In this document: one piece after another, positions 1 through 10,537 of the stretch | How the letters are laid out: each line of letters starts with the position of its first letter | How positions within the stretch are numbered: the stretch's first letter is position 1 | NCBI RefSeq assembly: GCF_006345805.1 | Contig: NW_021827583.1 | Location: forward strand, 1 to 27,806 | Direction of reading: 5' to 3' | From: Octopus sinensis | Taxonomy: Eukaryota | DNA length: 27,806 nucleotides | The notes under the pieces: model-generated | Database searches by the model: none | Told to the model about the DNA's origin: nothing | What the model saw: the letters and a program-made list of their open reading frames with translations, nothing else | Translations under genes and position numbers: made by a program

Positions 1-130
1 AAACATGGAAAAGCAATATCGATTCAGGTATCCGTTGGCCTCTTCAGAAAGGAGATTTAACAAACTATAAATAACAAAGGGAATACGCAGGAAGTGATAA
101 CAAAAAAACACCAAGGAATTATATGCAAGA

Positions 131-389
131 ATGTATGTATGTATGCATGTGTATGTATGTATGTATGTATGTATGTATGTATGTAGTATGTATGTATGTA
201 TGTGTATGTATGTATGTGTATGTATGTATGTGTATGTATGTATGTATGTATGTATGTATGTATGTATGTATGTATGTATGTGTATGTATGTATGTGTATG
301 TATGTATGTGTATGTATGTATGTATGTATGTATGTATGTATGTATGCATGCATGCATGCATGCATGCATGTATGTATGTATGTATGTAT
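131..389. repeat. (TATG)n microsatellite with (GCAT)n patch
   Basis: Direct reading; source of the spurious YIHT/MYVC ORFs. Confidence 0.95.
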
Positions 390-390
390 A

Positions 391-791
391 TTCTTTTACT
401 CTTTTACTCTTTTACTTGTTTCAGTCATTTGACTGCGACCATGCTGGAGCACCGCCTTTAGTCGAGCAAATCGACCCCGGGACTTATTCTTTGTAAGCCC
501 AGTACTTATTCTATCGGTCTCTTTTTGCCGAACCGCTAAGTGACGGGGACGTAAACACACCAGCATCGGTTGTCAAGCGATGCTAGGGGGACAAACAGAC
601 ACACAAACATACACATACATATATACATATATACGACAGGCTTCTTTCAGTTTCCGTCTACCAAATCCACTCACAAGGCATTGGTTGGCCCGAGGCTATA
701 GCAGAAGACACTTGCCCAAGGTGCCACGCAGTGGGACTGAACTCGGAACCATGTGGTTGGTAAGCAAGCTACTTACCACACAGCCACTCCT
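391..791 (-). mobile_element. Full-length tRNA-derived CORE-type SINE (family C)
   Basis: Minus strand: A box TGGCTGTGTGG, B-box-like AGTTCAGTCCC, CORE-like GGCACCTTGGGCAAGTG, internal (TA/TG) microsatellite, tail ending (AAAAGAGT)n. Homologous copies at 3350, 20397, 23885, 25135 and 26793. Confidence 0.85.
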
Positions 792-863
792 GTATATGTT
801 TGTATGTATGTATGTATGTATGTATTTATGTTTGTATGTATGTACATTCATATATGTGTGAAC

Positions 864-1103
864 GAACTTTAGGTTAGTTTCAAACATGTTTGTGACATAT
901 TTTAACTTCTGAAGGCAAAATCACTACAGTTTATCGTGGAGAAGAATTGTTGGTTGTGATAAAAGAGTGGAGACTCTCTGCAGAGAGGGAGTTTTCACAG
1001 CTCTTATCCTAAGCGAGAATTTTTCTCCCGCGGTAAACTGCGGTAAATTTGCCTTTAGAAAGTTAAGATATGTCACAAACATATTTGAATTGACATAAAG
1101 TTC
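864..1103. mobile_element. Degenerate whole-length palindrome, MITE/foldback-like
   Basis: 879-921 is the near reverse complement of 1047-1089; symmetry continues inward to a perfect central palindrome CTCTCTGCAGAGAG (974-987). Confidence 0.6.
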
Positions 1104-1167
1104 CTTTATTTTTAATCACTGCTTAGTGATACTACTATTCCGTGCGTGTGTGCGTGCGTGCATGCGT

Positions 1168-1206
<39 letters not shown>

Positions 1207-1207
<1 letters not shown>

Positions 1208-2145
1208 AGGGTGTTCACAAAATGCATACATACATTGAATGAAAGTCAGTGTTTATAAGAATACTAGCAGTATCGACCGGCGTTGCTCGGGTTTGTAAGG
1301 GAAATAACTATATAAGCATTTTTAGAGAGTTATAGCCAAAAAATAGCAAAAAATGCATTAAAAATGGAAAAAAAATGATGGTAATTTTTTTTAAAAATCG
1401 TTTACTCATCGTAGACATTTTTGGAGAGTTACTTCCCTTATATAATACCGAAAAAATGCATTAAAATGGAAAAAAATGGTGGTAAATTTTTTTTAAAATC
1501 GTAGACTCATCGTAGACTCATCGTAGACGCGCGCTAATACCCAGAAGGGCTCGATATGAATCACGACTATAAAATACCCGGTTTTGGTTAAACTGCACCG
1601 CAAAATGTGGCAGTAGTTAGGAATCTAAATCGTGGGAGACAGACACACAACTTGACTTTTATATATAAAGATATTTCATTTTCAAAATTTAAGACAAATA
1701 AAAATCTAGAGTTTAATTTCTTATGAACGTTCGTTTTCAAACTCTTGACGGTTCCGGTTCACGATCTACTGATAACGCAAAGTAATGGAATTGCAAGTAT
1801 CAAGAATACATTTCGTTCGGTATTTGAGCGCATTCTCGTTCAATGGCTGCCGTCACTTTGTCGACTGCTTCCGGTTTTCTACCTTAAATTTACCTTCGAT
1901 GAGTGCGGAGGGAATTCTACTGAACCTTATCGTCCAATCCAACTGGTTGGAGAAATCTAATCAGTGTAGGCCTTTAATTTCTTTGGCCCCACCTGGGAGA
2001 TACCCCAGCTTTCTGGTAATAAAATTCCACGTTTTCAAAGTCGTCTTGGATTCTTGGCATGACAGATTGTCACGTCAAGTTTCAAGAAAATGAGACCAGT
2101 CAAAAAAGAACAGTACTGTCGAAAAAGAATCGTCCAATTAATCTT
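1207..2145 (-). mobile_element. Tc1/mariner transposon 3' remnant interrupted by a Helitron
   Basis: TA|CAGGGTG TIR start at 1205-1213. Minus-strand fragments at about 1721-2145 read IGRFFFDSTV, SVMPRIQDDFENVEFYYQ, WIGR*GSVEFPPHS, RKPEAVDKVTAAIERECAQIPNEM, i.e. a decayed DDD transposase C-terminus with stops and frameshifts. Confidence 0.75.
1264..1671 (-). mobile_element. Non-autonomous Helitron
   Basis: Minus strand reads A|TC...CTAG|T (AT target, no TSD), with a GC-rich subterminal hairpin at 1277-1291, an internal imperfect ~100-110 bp tandem duplication (1318-1528) and (GACTCATCGTA)n. Confidence 0.8.
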
Positions 2146-2213
2146 TATGACAATAAGTCACACCTTACAGTTACGCCTCGTTAGTTTACATAGGGTTTCC
2201 CCATAATATATAT

Positions 2214-2443
2214 GTTTCTTTATTGCCCACGAGGGGCTAAACATAGAGGGGACAAACAAGGACAGACAAACGGATTAAGTCGATTATATCGACCCCAGTG
2301 GGTAACTGGTACTTAATTTATCGACCCCGAAAGGATGAAAGGCAAAGTCGACCTCGGCGGAATTTGAACACAGAACGCAACGACAGATGCAATACCGCTA
2401 AGCATTTCGCCCGGTGTGCTAACGTTTATGCCAGCTCGCCGCC
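2214..2443 (-). mobile_element. tRNA-derived SINE, family M (Meta/MESC-like central domain)
   Basis: Head GGCGGCGAGCTGGCA, B-box-like TGTTCAAATTCC, domain GGTCGACTTTGCCTTTCATCCTTTCGGGGTCGATAAATTAAGTACCAG; 16-bp direct repeat TTCCCCATAATATATA at 2197-2212 and 2456-2471. Domain name is from recalled consensus. Confidence 0.85.
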
Positions 2444-2701
2444 GTATATAATATATTCCCCATAATATATAGATTTTTCAGGTCCATAGTGGGTGCAAGC
2501 GTGAGTCCTTGGCTCACTGGTATCATCATGCAGGACCAAAATCCGTAGCTACTGATATAGGAAAACAGTGATTGAAAAATTAAGGTAATAATAAATTTAT
2601 CTCACAAAAAAAAAGAATATGAAAAAGAGAAAGAAGAGAGAGTGAATGAGTGAAAAAGAGAGGGAAAATGGGTGTGAGAGCCAATGAGTGAGAGTGAGCA
2701 T

Positions 2702-2735
<34 letters not shown>

Positions 2736-2782
2736 AGTTGAATAAAAATTTGTTGTATGCATCAGAAGCATTATTATATATG

Positions 2783-2794
<12 letters not shown>

Positions 2795-2830
<36 letters not shown>

Positions 2831-3002
2831 TGTGTGTTGTATGTGTGTGTAGGTGTGTGTATGTGTGTGTGTGTGTGTGTATGTGTGTGTATATGTGTGT
2901 GTGTGTATGTGTGTGTGTGTGTATGTGTGTGTGTGTATGTGTGTGTGTATATGTGTGTATGTGTGTATGTGTGTGTGTATGTGTGTGTGTGTGTGTGTGT
3001 GT
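2795..3002. repeat. (GT)n-rich microsatellite
   Basis: Direct reading. Confidence 0.95.
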
Positions 3003-3030
3003 ATGCGAGTCTGAGTTTATTAACCCACCT

Positions 3031-3214
3031 CTTAACAACCGGTGTTGGTTTGTGTCCACCTTGAGATCTGGCTGTTTGGCAAAGAGGTGCACATCTAAAA
3101 AAAATACCACATTTAAAAAGATAAGTACTCGGGGTGATTTATTCGACGAAAACCTTGATGGCGGTGCCCCATCATGGCCGCAATCCAATGATTGAAACAA
3201 GAAAAAAATAAAAG
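3031..3214 (+). mobile_element. Diverged 3' half of a family C-related SINE
   Basis: ACAACCGGTGTTGG...GGCGGTGCCCCATCATGGCCGCAATCCAATGATTGAAACAAG matches the reverse complement of the tail at 410-570. Confidence 0.7.
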
Positions 3215-3267
3215 CTGTAAAAATCTTTGTCAACTGATCAAGGAGACTGGAATTTTATTATACTTCA

Positions 3268-3298
3268 CTGATGAGTTTAAGTAAGACCGAAACATGTC
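3268..3298 (+). ncRNA. Decayed minimal hammerhead-like motif with canonical core
   Basis: CTGATGA-GTTTAAGTAAGACC-GAAAC-AT-GTC; palindromic ACATGT stem III. Stem II is damaged and stem I does not pair. Confidence 0.4.
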
Positions 3299-3349
3299 CG
3301 TAATTGTCACTTTACTTTCTAACAAAAATCAGATTATTTCCTAAGCATA

Positions 3350-3712
3350 TTCTTTTACTCCTTTACTTGTTTCAGTCATTTGACTGTGGCCATGCTGGAG
3401 CACCACCTTTAGTCGAGCAAATCTTAGACTTTGTAAGTCTAGTATTTATTCTATCGGCCTCTTTTTGCCGTAAACACACCAGCATCGGTTGTCAAGCGAT
3501 GTTGGGGGTGGGGGGACAAACTCAGACACACAAACATATATACATATATACGACGGGCTTCTTTCAGTTTCCGTCTACCAGTTCCACTCACAAGGCTTTG
3601 GTCGGCCCGAGGCTATAGTAGAAGACACATGCCCAATGTGCCCCTCAGTGGGACTGAACCCGGAACCATGTGGTTGGTAAGCAAGCTACTTACCACGCAG
3701 TCACTCCTACGC
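3350..3712 (-). mobile_element. CORE-type SINE (family C) with two internal deletions
   Basis: Colinear with 391-791 except for short deletions near 3424 and 3470. Confidence 0.85.
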
Positions 3713-4626
3713 ATATAGAAAGTTTTGTTAAATTAATTAAATTCTGTAAATTTTCTCAATTTTTCTTTGAGAGTCACTACCTGTTATACATTAAGTTCCT
3801 GTTTTCTTTCTTTAACTAAAGAGAAATTTCAATCGATTTTTTTGTTGCTAGTACGACACTCAGTACAGCTACCCACTAAGTGATTTATTATTAGATAAAT
3901 ACCGGTGTGAAGAGGTACAGTACGACGAAACAGTCAACTGTGCTACGATTTCCTTCTGACTCTCTTTTAAGCTAAATATGGTTTGTCACTTGACTGTACT
4001 TTTTATACAATGTTTTAAGTAACTTGTATTAAGTATGGATAAATTGTATTTAATGCATGAGTGAAGAGTTTCCTCTTTACTCCTCTCCGCATCTCCCACA
4101 GTCATCTGATACAAACAGCAGGGTGCTAAATGGGACACATACACTTCCTGAATGCTTTATAACCATTATACGTATGTATGAACGTATTTTTGATTAAATA
4201 TGTCAGTGTGTATAGGTATATATGTATATATATGTATGTGTGTATATATATATATGCCAATATTTGCCAAATATACATAATGTTGTCGGTAAATAATTCC
4301 TTTTTTACTGGTTTTAGTACCAAGCCAAATTTGCGACGGCTTCCTAAGACGAATTTCCTGTGTATTCTCTGCTGATAGAGTAAGGAATGAGAATGGAAGT
4401 AGTTCCAGGTGTGATTTCAAATAGGAATTCTGACGATGAAGCTAAATATTGTTGTACTACAATAGCCAAATATCTGTCCCAAGGTCTGTGTAGTTCTTTA
4501 GTTCTTAGCCATCACAATTAAAGCCATGCTAATTAATTTCAGGTAATAGGATATATTTTTTTCTAGCAACGTGAAAGCTCAGAAAGTTGGACAGTGGGGA
4601 TATAGTTAATCTATATAGGACACACT

Positions 4627-4857
4627 AAGGCGGCGAACTGGCAGAATCGTTAGCACGACGAGCGAAATGCTCAGCGGTATTTCGTCTGCCGTTACGTTCT
4701 GAGTTCAAATTCCGCCGAGGTCGACTTTGCCTTTCATCCTTTCTGGGTCGATAAATTAAGTACCAGTTATGCACTGGGGTCGATGTACTTGACTTAATCC
4801 GTTTGTCTGTCCTTGTTTGTCTCATCTGTGTTTAGCCCCTTGTGGGTAGTAAAGATA
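4627..4857 (+). mobile_element. Full-length family M SINE with perfect 15-bp TSD
   Basis: A box TGGCAGAATCG, B box AGTTCAAATTCC; TSD TATATAGGACACACT at 4612-4626 and 4858-4872. Confidence 0.9.
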
Positions 4858-4908
4858 TATATAGGACACACTTGAGATTAAATAATATATATATATTATA
4901 TATATATA

Positions 4909-4954
<46 letters not shown>

Positions 4955-5854
4955 GTATATATATATGTATATATATATATATATGTGGCGTTTTACTAGT
5001 AAATATGTGTACTTGTACTATTGGTTTCATGATCGGACCATCAGTGGCTGAGACAGCAACATTACTTGAAGGCCTCATCTTGTACGTAAAAAGGCTGATG
5101 GACACTCTAACAGGAGGAAAAAATTCAATATCTGTCTACAAGAGCAGATTAACTCAACAAAGTGACACTCGACATTCATCAAACTTACAAATGAGGGGAT
5201 GCCCCACCCTACCTCCTACCCCTTAAAGCCTTTGAGTCTAGTGTTGCCGACTCTCTTCAGAACCCCTTCATTCGGATTTTCTCTCAAGCGTAATAGCTTT
5301 GCCTTCACTTTTATCAAGGAAACGCAAGCGTGAGAAACCCCCCTTGATATGTGCAAGGACCACCCAAAGTAGCTTAAATCAGTTTTGGCAAGGATCAGCA
5401 TTATCTCGTCTTTCGCATTATGGGAAATGATAGGCGCATGTTATTACTAAATAAAACACAATACCTGTGTGGTGCTTATTTTTGGGTAAAATCTGTACCG
5501 ATTCCATTAACAGAGACCTCGACAGCATCCTCCGAGAAGACCATAACAACTCTCTTTTTCTCTCTTTTTATTTTCTACTACAGGCACAGAGCCCGAAATT
5601 TGTGGGGAGAGTGCTAGAGGATTACATCAAATCCAGTGCTTAATCCCAAAGATTGGCCCTTTTAGTCTCCAATAGCTGCTGACATTCTACAGAATCAAGT
5701 GACTCCTACAATAGAGTACTGCTCTCAGAAATAGAACGATGAGGCTGCTACACACACATACATCCTGGACCCTATTTAGGAAAGAGCAACTCGACTGATT
5801 CGTAGTTAATGAGTGATGAGTGATTCGTACTAATGAGTGATGGGCACATTCCAG

Positions 5855-6337
5855 TTTCTTATTTCTTCATTGCCCACAAGGGGCTAAACATAGAGGGGAC
5901 AAACTAAGACAAAGGGATTAAGTCGATTATATCGAACTCAGTGGGTATCTGGTTTTTGATTTATCGACCCCGAAAGGATGAAAGGCAAAGTCGACCTCGG
6001 CGGAATTTGAACTCAGAACGTAACTGCAGACGAAATACCTATTTCTTTACTACCCACAAGGGGCTAAACACAGAAGGGACAAACAAGGACAGACAAACGG
6101 ATTATGTCGATTACATCGACCCCAGTGCGTAACTGGTACTTAATTTATCGACCCCGAAAGGATGAAAGGCAAAGTCGACCTCGGCTGAATTTGAACTCAG
6201 AACGTAGCAGCAGACGAAATACCTATCTTTTTACTACCCACAAGGGGCTAAACACAGAGAGGACAAACAAGGACCGATAAACGGATTAAGTCGACTTTAT
6301 CGATCCCAGTGCGTAAATGGTACTTATTTAATCGACC
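5855..6337 (-). mobile_element. Head-to-tail tandem of three 5'-truncated family M SINE units
   Basis: Units 5855-6039, 6040-6223 (184 bp) and 6224-6337; both junctions read GAAATACC|TAT. Confidence 0.9.
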
Positions 6338-6468
6338 TCTTTGTTCTTTCTGTTAAAGAGCGTAGGCTCGAAACGTAAACGACCTTCTCAGTTCCCGAGC
6401 GTTAAACTAATATATCTGTTTCTTGCTTACACACCCGTCTTCGTCTTTTTTTTGTAAATTCCAACTAT
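6338..6468 (+). mobile_element. Penelope-like terminal fragment with degenerate HHR-like motif
   Basis: TCTTT-CTGTTAA-A-GAGC(GTAG)GCTC-GAAAC-GTA-AACGA; ends at a (TACA)n tract; homologous to 13268-13420 (-). Confidence 0.5.
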
Positions 6469-6519
6469 ACATACATACATAAATACATACATACATACAT
6501 ACATACATACATACATACA

Positions 6520-6585
<66 letters not shown>

Positions 6586-6880
6586 TATAACACTTATGTC
6601 TATACTTGCCTTTTCAAATACTATTTATATACGCATATACATACATAGGTAAAACATACATAGATAAATCTAGTTATATGCATATTCATACGCATATATT
6701 TACTAATAAACTCAAGCATCTTCGTAAACAGAACTACACGTAATTACTTCATACTTGTACATCAATAACTCAGATATCGATATCACAACAGTACATTTTA
6801 TGTGTAAAGAGTTTTAGGTACGAAAATGACTCAAGTTCTGACTTCATTCTCTCTCCCCAATGAAGTCATACATACATGCA

Positions 6881-6883
<3 letters not shown>

Positions 6884-6940
<57 letters not shown>

Positions 6941-6944
6941 TGTA

Positions 6945-6976
<32 letters not shown>

Positions 6977-7000
6977 CATATATATATACATATATATATA

Positions 7001-7071
<71 letters not shown>
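6884..7071. repeat. Long (TA)n microsatellite
   Basis: About 190 bp of near-pure TA. Other long tracts: (TCTA)n 7695-7790, 11206-11443 and 16583-16808; (TA)n 16986-17111; (TAGA)n 17260-17361; CA-rich 18807-19175. Confidence 0.95.
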
Positions 7072-7074
<3 letters not shown>

Positions 7075-7226
7075 TATACGTACTCCCATACACAAACACA
7101 CACATATATATGCGTGCTGCACGTATGCGCGCGTCTGGTGCGGTGTGCGCATTTCTGCGTGTAAAAAGAGAGACACAAGGCGAGAGAGAAAGAGAAGGAG
7201 CGAGAGAGAGAGAGAGAGAGAGAGAG

Positions 7227-7267
<41 letters not shown>

Positions 7268-7693
7268 TGGGGGGTTGTAGAAATGGGAAAAGATTCGTGA
7301 CTCACTTCTCAGAATAATGATTTCTACAACATCTATTCATCTTTTTCATTCTCTATGTTAATCCCAGCTTTTAAGTCTTAGATCAAACTGCAATATTCTA
7401 TTGATGTTTTATCTGTATCAGAGTAAGGGCTGAGACCCAGGGCAGCTTTGGATTGCACGCAATTTCTCTTCCATTACGACGCTTTTACGCCTAGGAATGG
7501 TATCAACATCACAACCTCTCGCCCTTCTTTGCACTGGTTTTGTGTATTCAAAAATTGCTGGAGAAACCTATATAATTGTTTATATAGTGGTAGAAATGAC
7601 CAGACGTGGGATTAAGTGTGTAATACTAGTCACTTTCATTTCTTTTAGTTTAAGGGAAGGCTAAAGTTTTCTGTTTTCTACTAGAATAAGATG

Positions 7694-7790
<97 letters not shown>

Positions 7791-7813
7791 TTATCTGTTT
7801 GTCTATGTTATGA

Positions 7814-7863
<50 letters not shown>

Positions 7864-7908
7864 CACATACATACTATATCCATTGTGCACGAGTGTGTAT
7901 AGTTATAC

Positions 7909-7960
<52 letters not shown>

Positions 7961-8340
7961 GCTAGTCGGATCCTGCCGAGCTGTCGACCATGGAATACGA
8001 ATGTTAAATGATAACAGTGATACGCGCATGCGCTCTCACATGCTCACACACACGTACACACAGACACACGCTGTATGTATGTGTGTGTGTGTGTGTGTGT
8101 GTATTGTATATATAACCCACAGTCATGCATATGTACTTTCACTAGTCTCCATAGTTAGAAAGATCATGGAATATATATAGAAGAGAATCAAAGTTGTTGA
8201 GTTAGTTTTCTAAATTATTTACATGTGTGATCTTTCATGTATTTTAGTAAATGTCACAACCTAAGTATATAATCTGGACAAGGTAAATTTTCTAATTCTT
8301 TACGTCATCACGGATTTGAACTAATTATGTACTGAGTAAT

Positions 8341-8460
8341 GATCACCGATGAAGTGAGGACTGTGCGTCCTATATTGCTGAATCCGACCATAATGTTCAC
8401 TGAAACACGCGTAAGATGACGTTATTAAATAATTTACTAGCTTCGACTTCTGTGTTTTCT
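8341..8460 (+). mobile_element. Short module with CCGAUGA hammerhead-like motif ending at a microsatellite
   Basis: CCGATGA 8346-8352; stem II AGTGA/TCACT (8353-8357/8397-8401) with inner GGAC/GTCC hairpin; GAAAC 8402-8406; GTA 8411-8413; stem I imperfect. Confidence 0.5.
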
Positions 8461-8779
8461 ATGTATGCATGCATGCATGCATATATGTATGCATGCATGC
8501 ATATATGTAGCATGCATATATGTATGCATGTACGTGAGTGTATGTACATGTATATGTGTATATATATATATATATATAATATATATAAATAATATAATAA
8601 TATATATATATATATACACATACACACGCACACACACCACATATACATATATATATAAGTACATAAAATGTTGAAGCATATATATTCCTTCTTCCCTTCT
8701 TCCTGAACGCCAACAATACTTTATTTGTTCCACGTCCTCGCGTTGCTGTGTTTTTTTGTGTTTTCTTGTTTGGATTAAC

Positions 8780-8853
<74 letters not shown>

Positions 8854-8887
8854 AAGGGTGAAAAGGAACACACGAGTTGATATATAT

Positions 8888-9135
8888 GAAAAAACAAGTC
8901 AAGATAGAAAATGCTAAAATAATTTTATAAAGAACATTTCAGTACCGGTTTCGGTCATTTTGAGACCTTTTCAACTGTAACGATTAAATAATTAAATTTA
9001 GAAAAATTAAAAGAAAAGTTTTTTTAAAGGAATATTTGTATAGAGTTCAAATATAAGTGGCATTTTCCTTGTTTCTGCCTTTCTTTGTCTCTCTTGTTTG
9101 CACTTGTGGGCTCGAGGTCGCTGTGAATTCTTGGT
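8888..9135 (-). mobile_element. Penelope-like terminal module carrying a U3:A8 hammerhead-like motif (8937-8980)
   Basis: Minus strand: TTACAG-TTGAAAA-GGTC(TCAAAAT)GACC-GAAA-CCGGTA-CTGAAA; 3' end abuts TA-rich sequence; second copy at 13895-14043. Confidence 0.65.
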
Positions 9136-9478
9136 AGAGAGAGAGAGAGAGAGAGAATCATATATAAATACATAAATACACATATATATTCATACATATA
9201 TGCATATATGTATTTGTGTGTGAATGTGAATGAGAGAAAGGGAAAGAGAGAGATGGAGGGTAAAATAAGGATCTTTTATACTGATAAAAGACGATGCATT
9301 TTGGAATGGGTGCAGGCTATTAAATCGCCCATTGAAGAAAACCAGGAATAGCAATGCCTCAGGGACTTGCATTCAGGACATAAAGAAGGTATTGTGCTCA
9401 AAAACTTGCAATGGACCAGCTTATCTTGCCTAATGTGATATACTGACTAAAGTTGAATTCCCTAATAATATATTATAT

Positions 9479-9875
9479 GGTGAATGATGGAAGCACTCCG
9501 TCGGTTACGACGACGAGGGTTCCAGTTGATCCGAATCAACGGAACAGCCTGCTCGTGAAATTAACGTGCAAGTGGCTGAGCACTCCACAGACACGTGTAC
9601 CCTTAACGTAGTTCTCGGGGATATTCAGCGTGACACAGAGAGTGACAAGGCCGGCCCTTTGAAATACAGGTACAACAGAAACAGGAAGTAAGAATGAGAG
9701 AAAGTTGTGGTGAAAGAGTACAGCAGGGATCACCACCATCCCCTGCTGGAGCATCGTGGAGCTTTTTTAGGTGTTTTCGCTCAATAAACACTCACAACGC
9801 CCGGTCTGGGAATCGAAACCGCGATCCTATGACCGCGAGTCCGCTGCCCTAACCACTGGGCCATTGCGCCTCCAC
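9479..9875 (-). mobile_element. Full-length tRNA-derived SINE, third family (tRNA-Arg-like head)
   Basis: Head GTGGAGGCGCAATGGCCCAGTGGTTAGGGCAGCGGACTCGCGGTCATAGGATCGCGGTTTCGATTCCC with A and B boxes; 12-bp direct repeat AATATATTATAT at 9467-9478 and 9876-9887. Confidence 0.85.
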
Positions 9876-9985
9876 AATATATTATATAGCTTGATTTAGA
9901 ATAGATTTTACGTTCGAGGACTGAGTACATCTATTAGCACATACCAAAAACAAATATGTACATTATCTCTTTAATCCTGAACATG

Positions 9986-10167
9986 TTTTAATTGGATGAA
10001 TAACACGTGGGAAGAAAACTATGGAGGCGAAACGATATCACATTATTCATAACAAACATTATACAAGAAATTATCAGAGAAACAGACTTTGCTGCAATGC
10101 AATGCAAGAAATCTGATATTAGAACAAAGTATATTATGATAGAGTTAAATAGAATATGAATGTTACG
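9986..10167 (+). repeat. Unclassified ~180-bp interspersed repeat, copy 1
   Basis: Shares TAATT(G/A)GATGAATAA(C/G)ACGTGG, AACGATATCACATT and AAGAAATCTGATAT(T/C)A(G/A)AACAAAGTATATTAT with 15961-16135. Confidence 0.7.
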
Positions 10168-10292
10168 CAAAAATTCATTTAGCTTCTCAGAACGATTAAG
10201 AATGTTTAAGAACGATTAAGAATGTTTTCAATTATACATACATACGTGTGTGAATGTGTGTGTGTGTATGCATATATATACATATGCATACA

Positions 10293-10343
<51 letters not shown>

Positions 10344-10388
10344 GTCAGTCTGTCTATCTGTCTGTCTGTCTGTCTGTCAGTCTGTCTA

Positions 10389-10432
<44 letters not shown>

Positions 10433-10505
10433 TCTACTATCTATCTATCTATCTATCTATCTATCTCTCTCTCTCTCTGTGTCTGTCTGTCTTTCTGTCT
10501 CTATC

Positions 10506-10537
<32 letters not shown>

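Noticed and set aside
4166-4420. 84-aa ORF as a host gene
   Set aside because: No recognisable motif and the C-terminus runs into a TA/CA tract.
5796-5844. Short local tandem duplications (also 10189-10228 and 16809-16843)
   Set aside because: Ordinary 18-25 bp slippage duplications with no further structure.
5855-6337. Repeat array as CRISPR
   Set aside because: 184-bp SINE units without spacers, in a eukaryotic context.
7422-7499. AG...GT-bounded candidate exon
   Set aside because: Stop codons in all three frames; no support.
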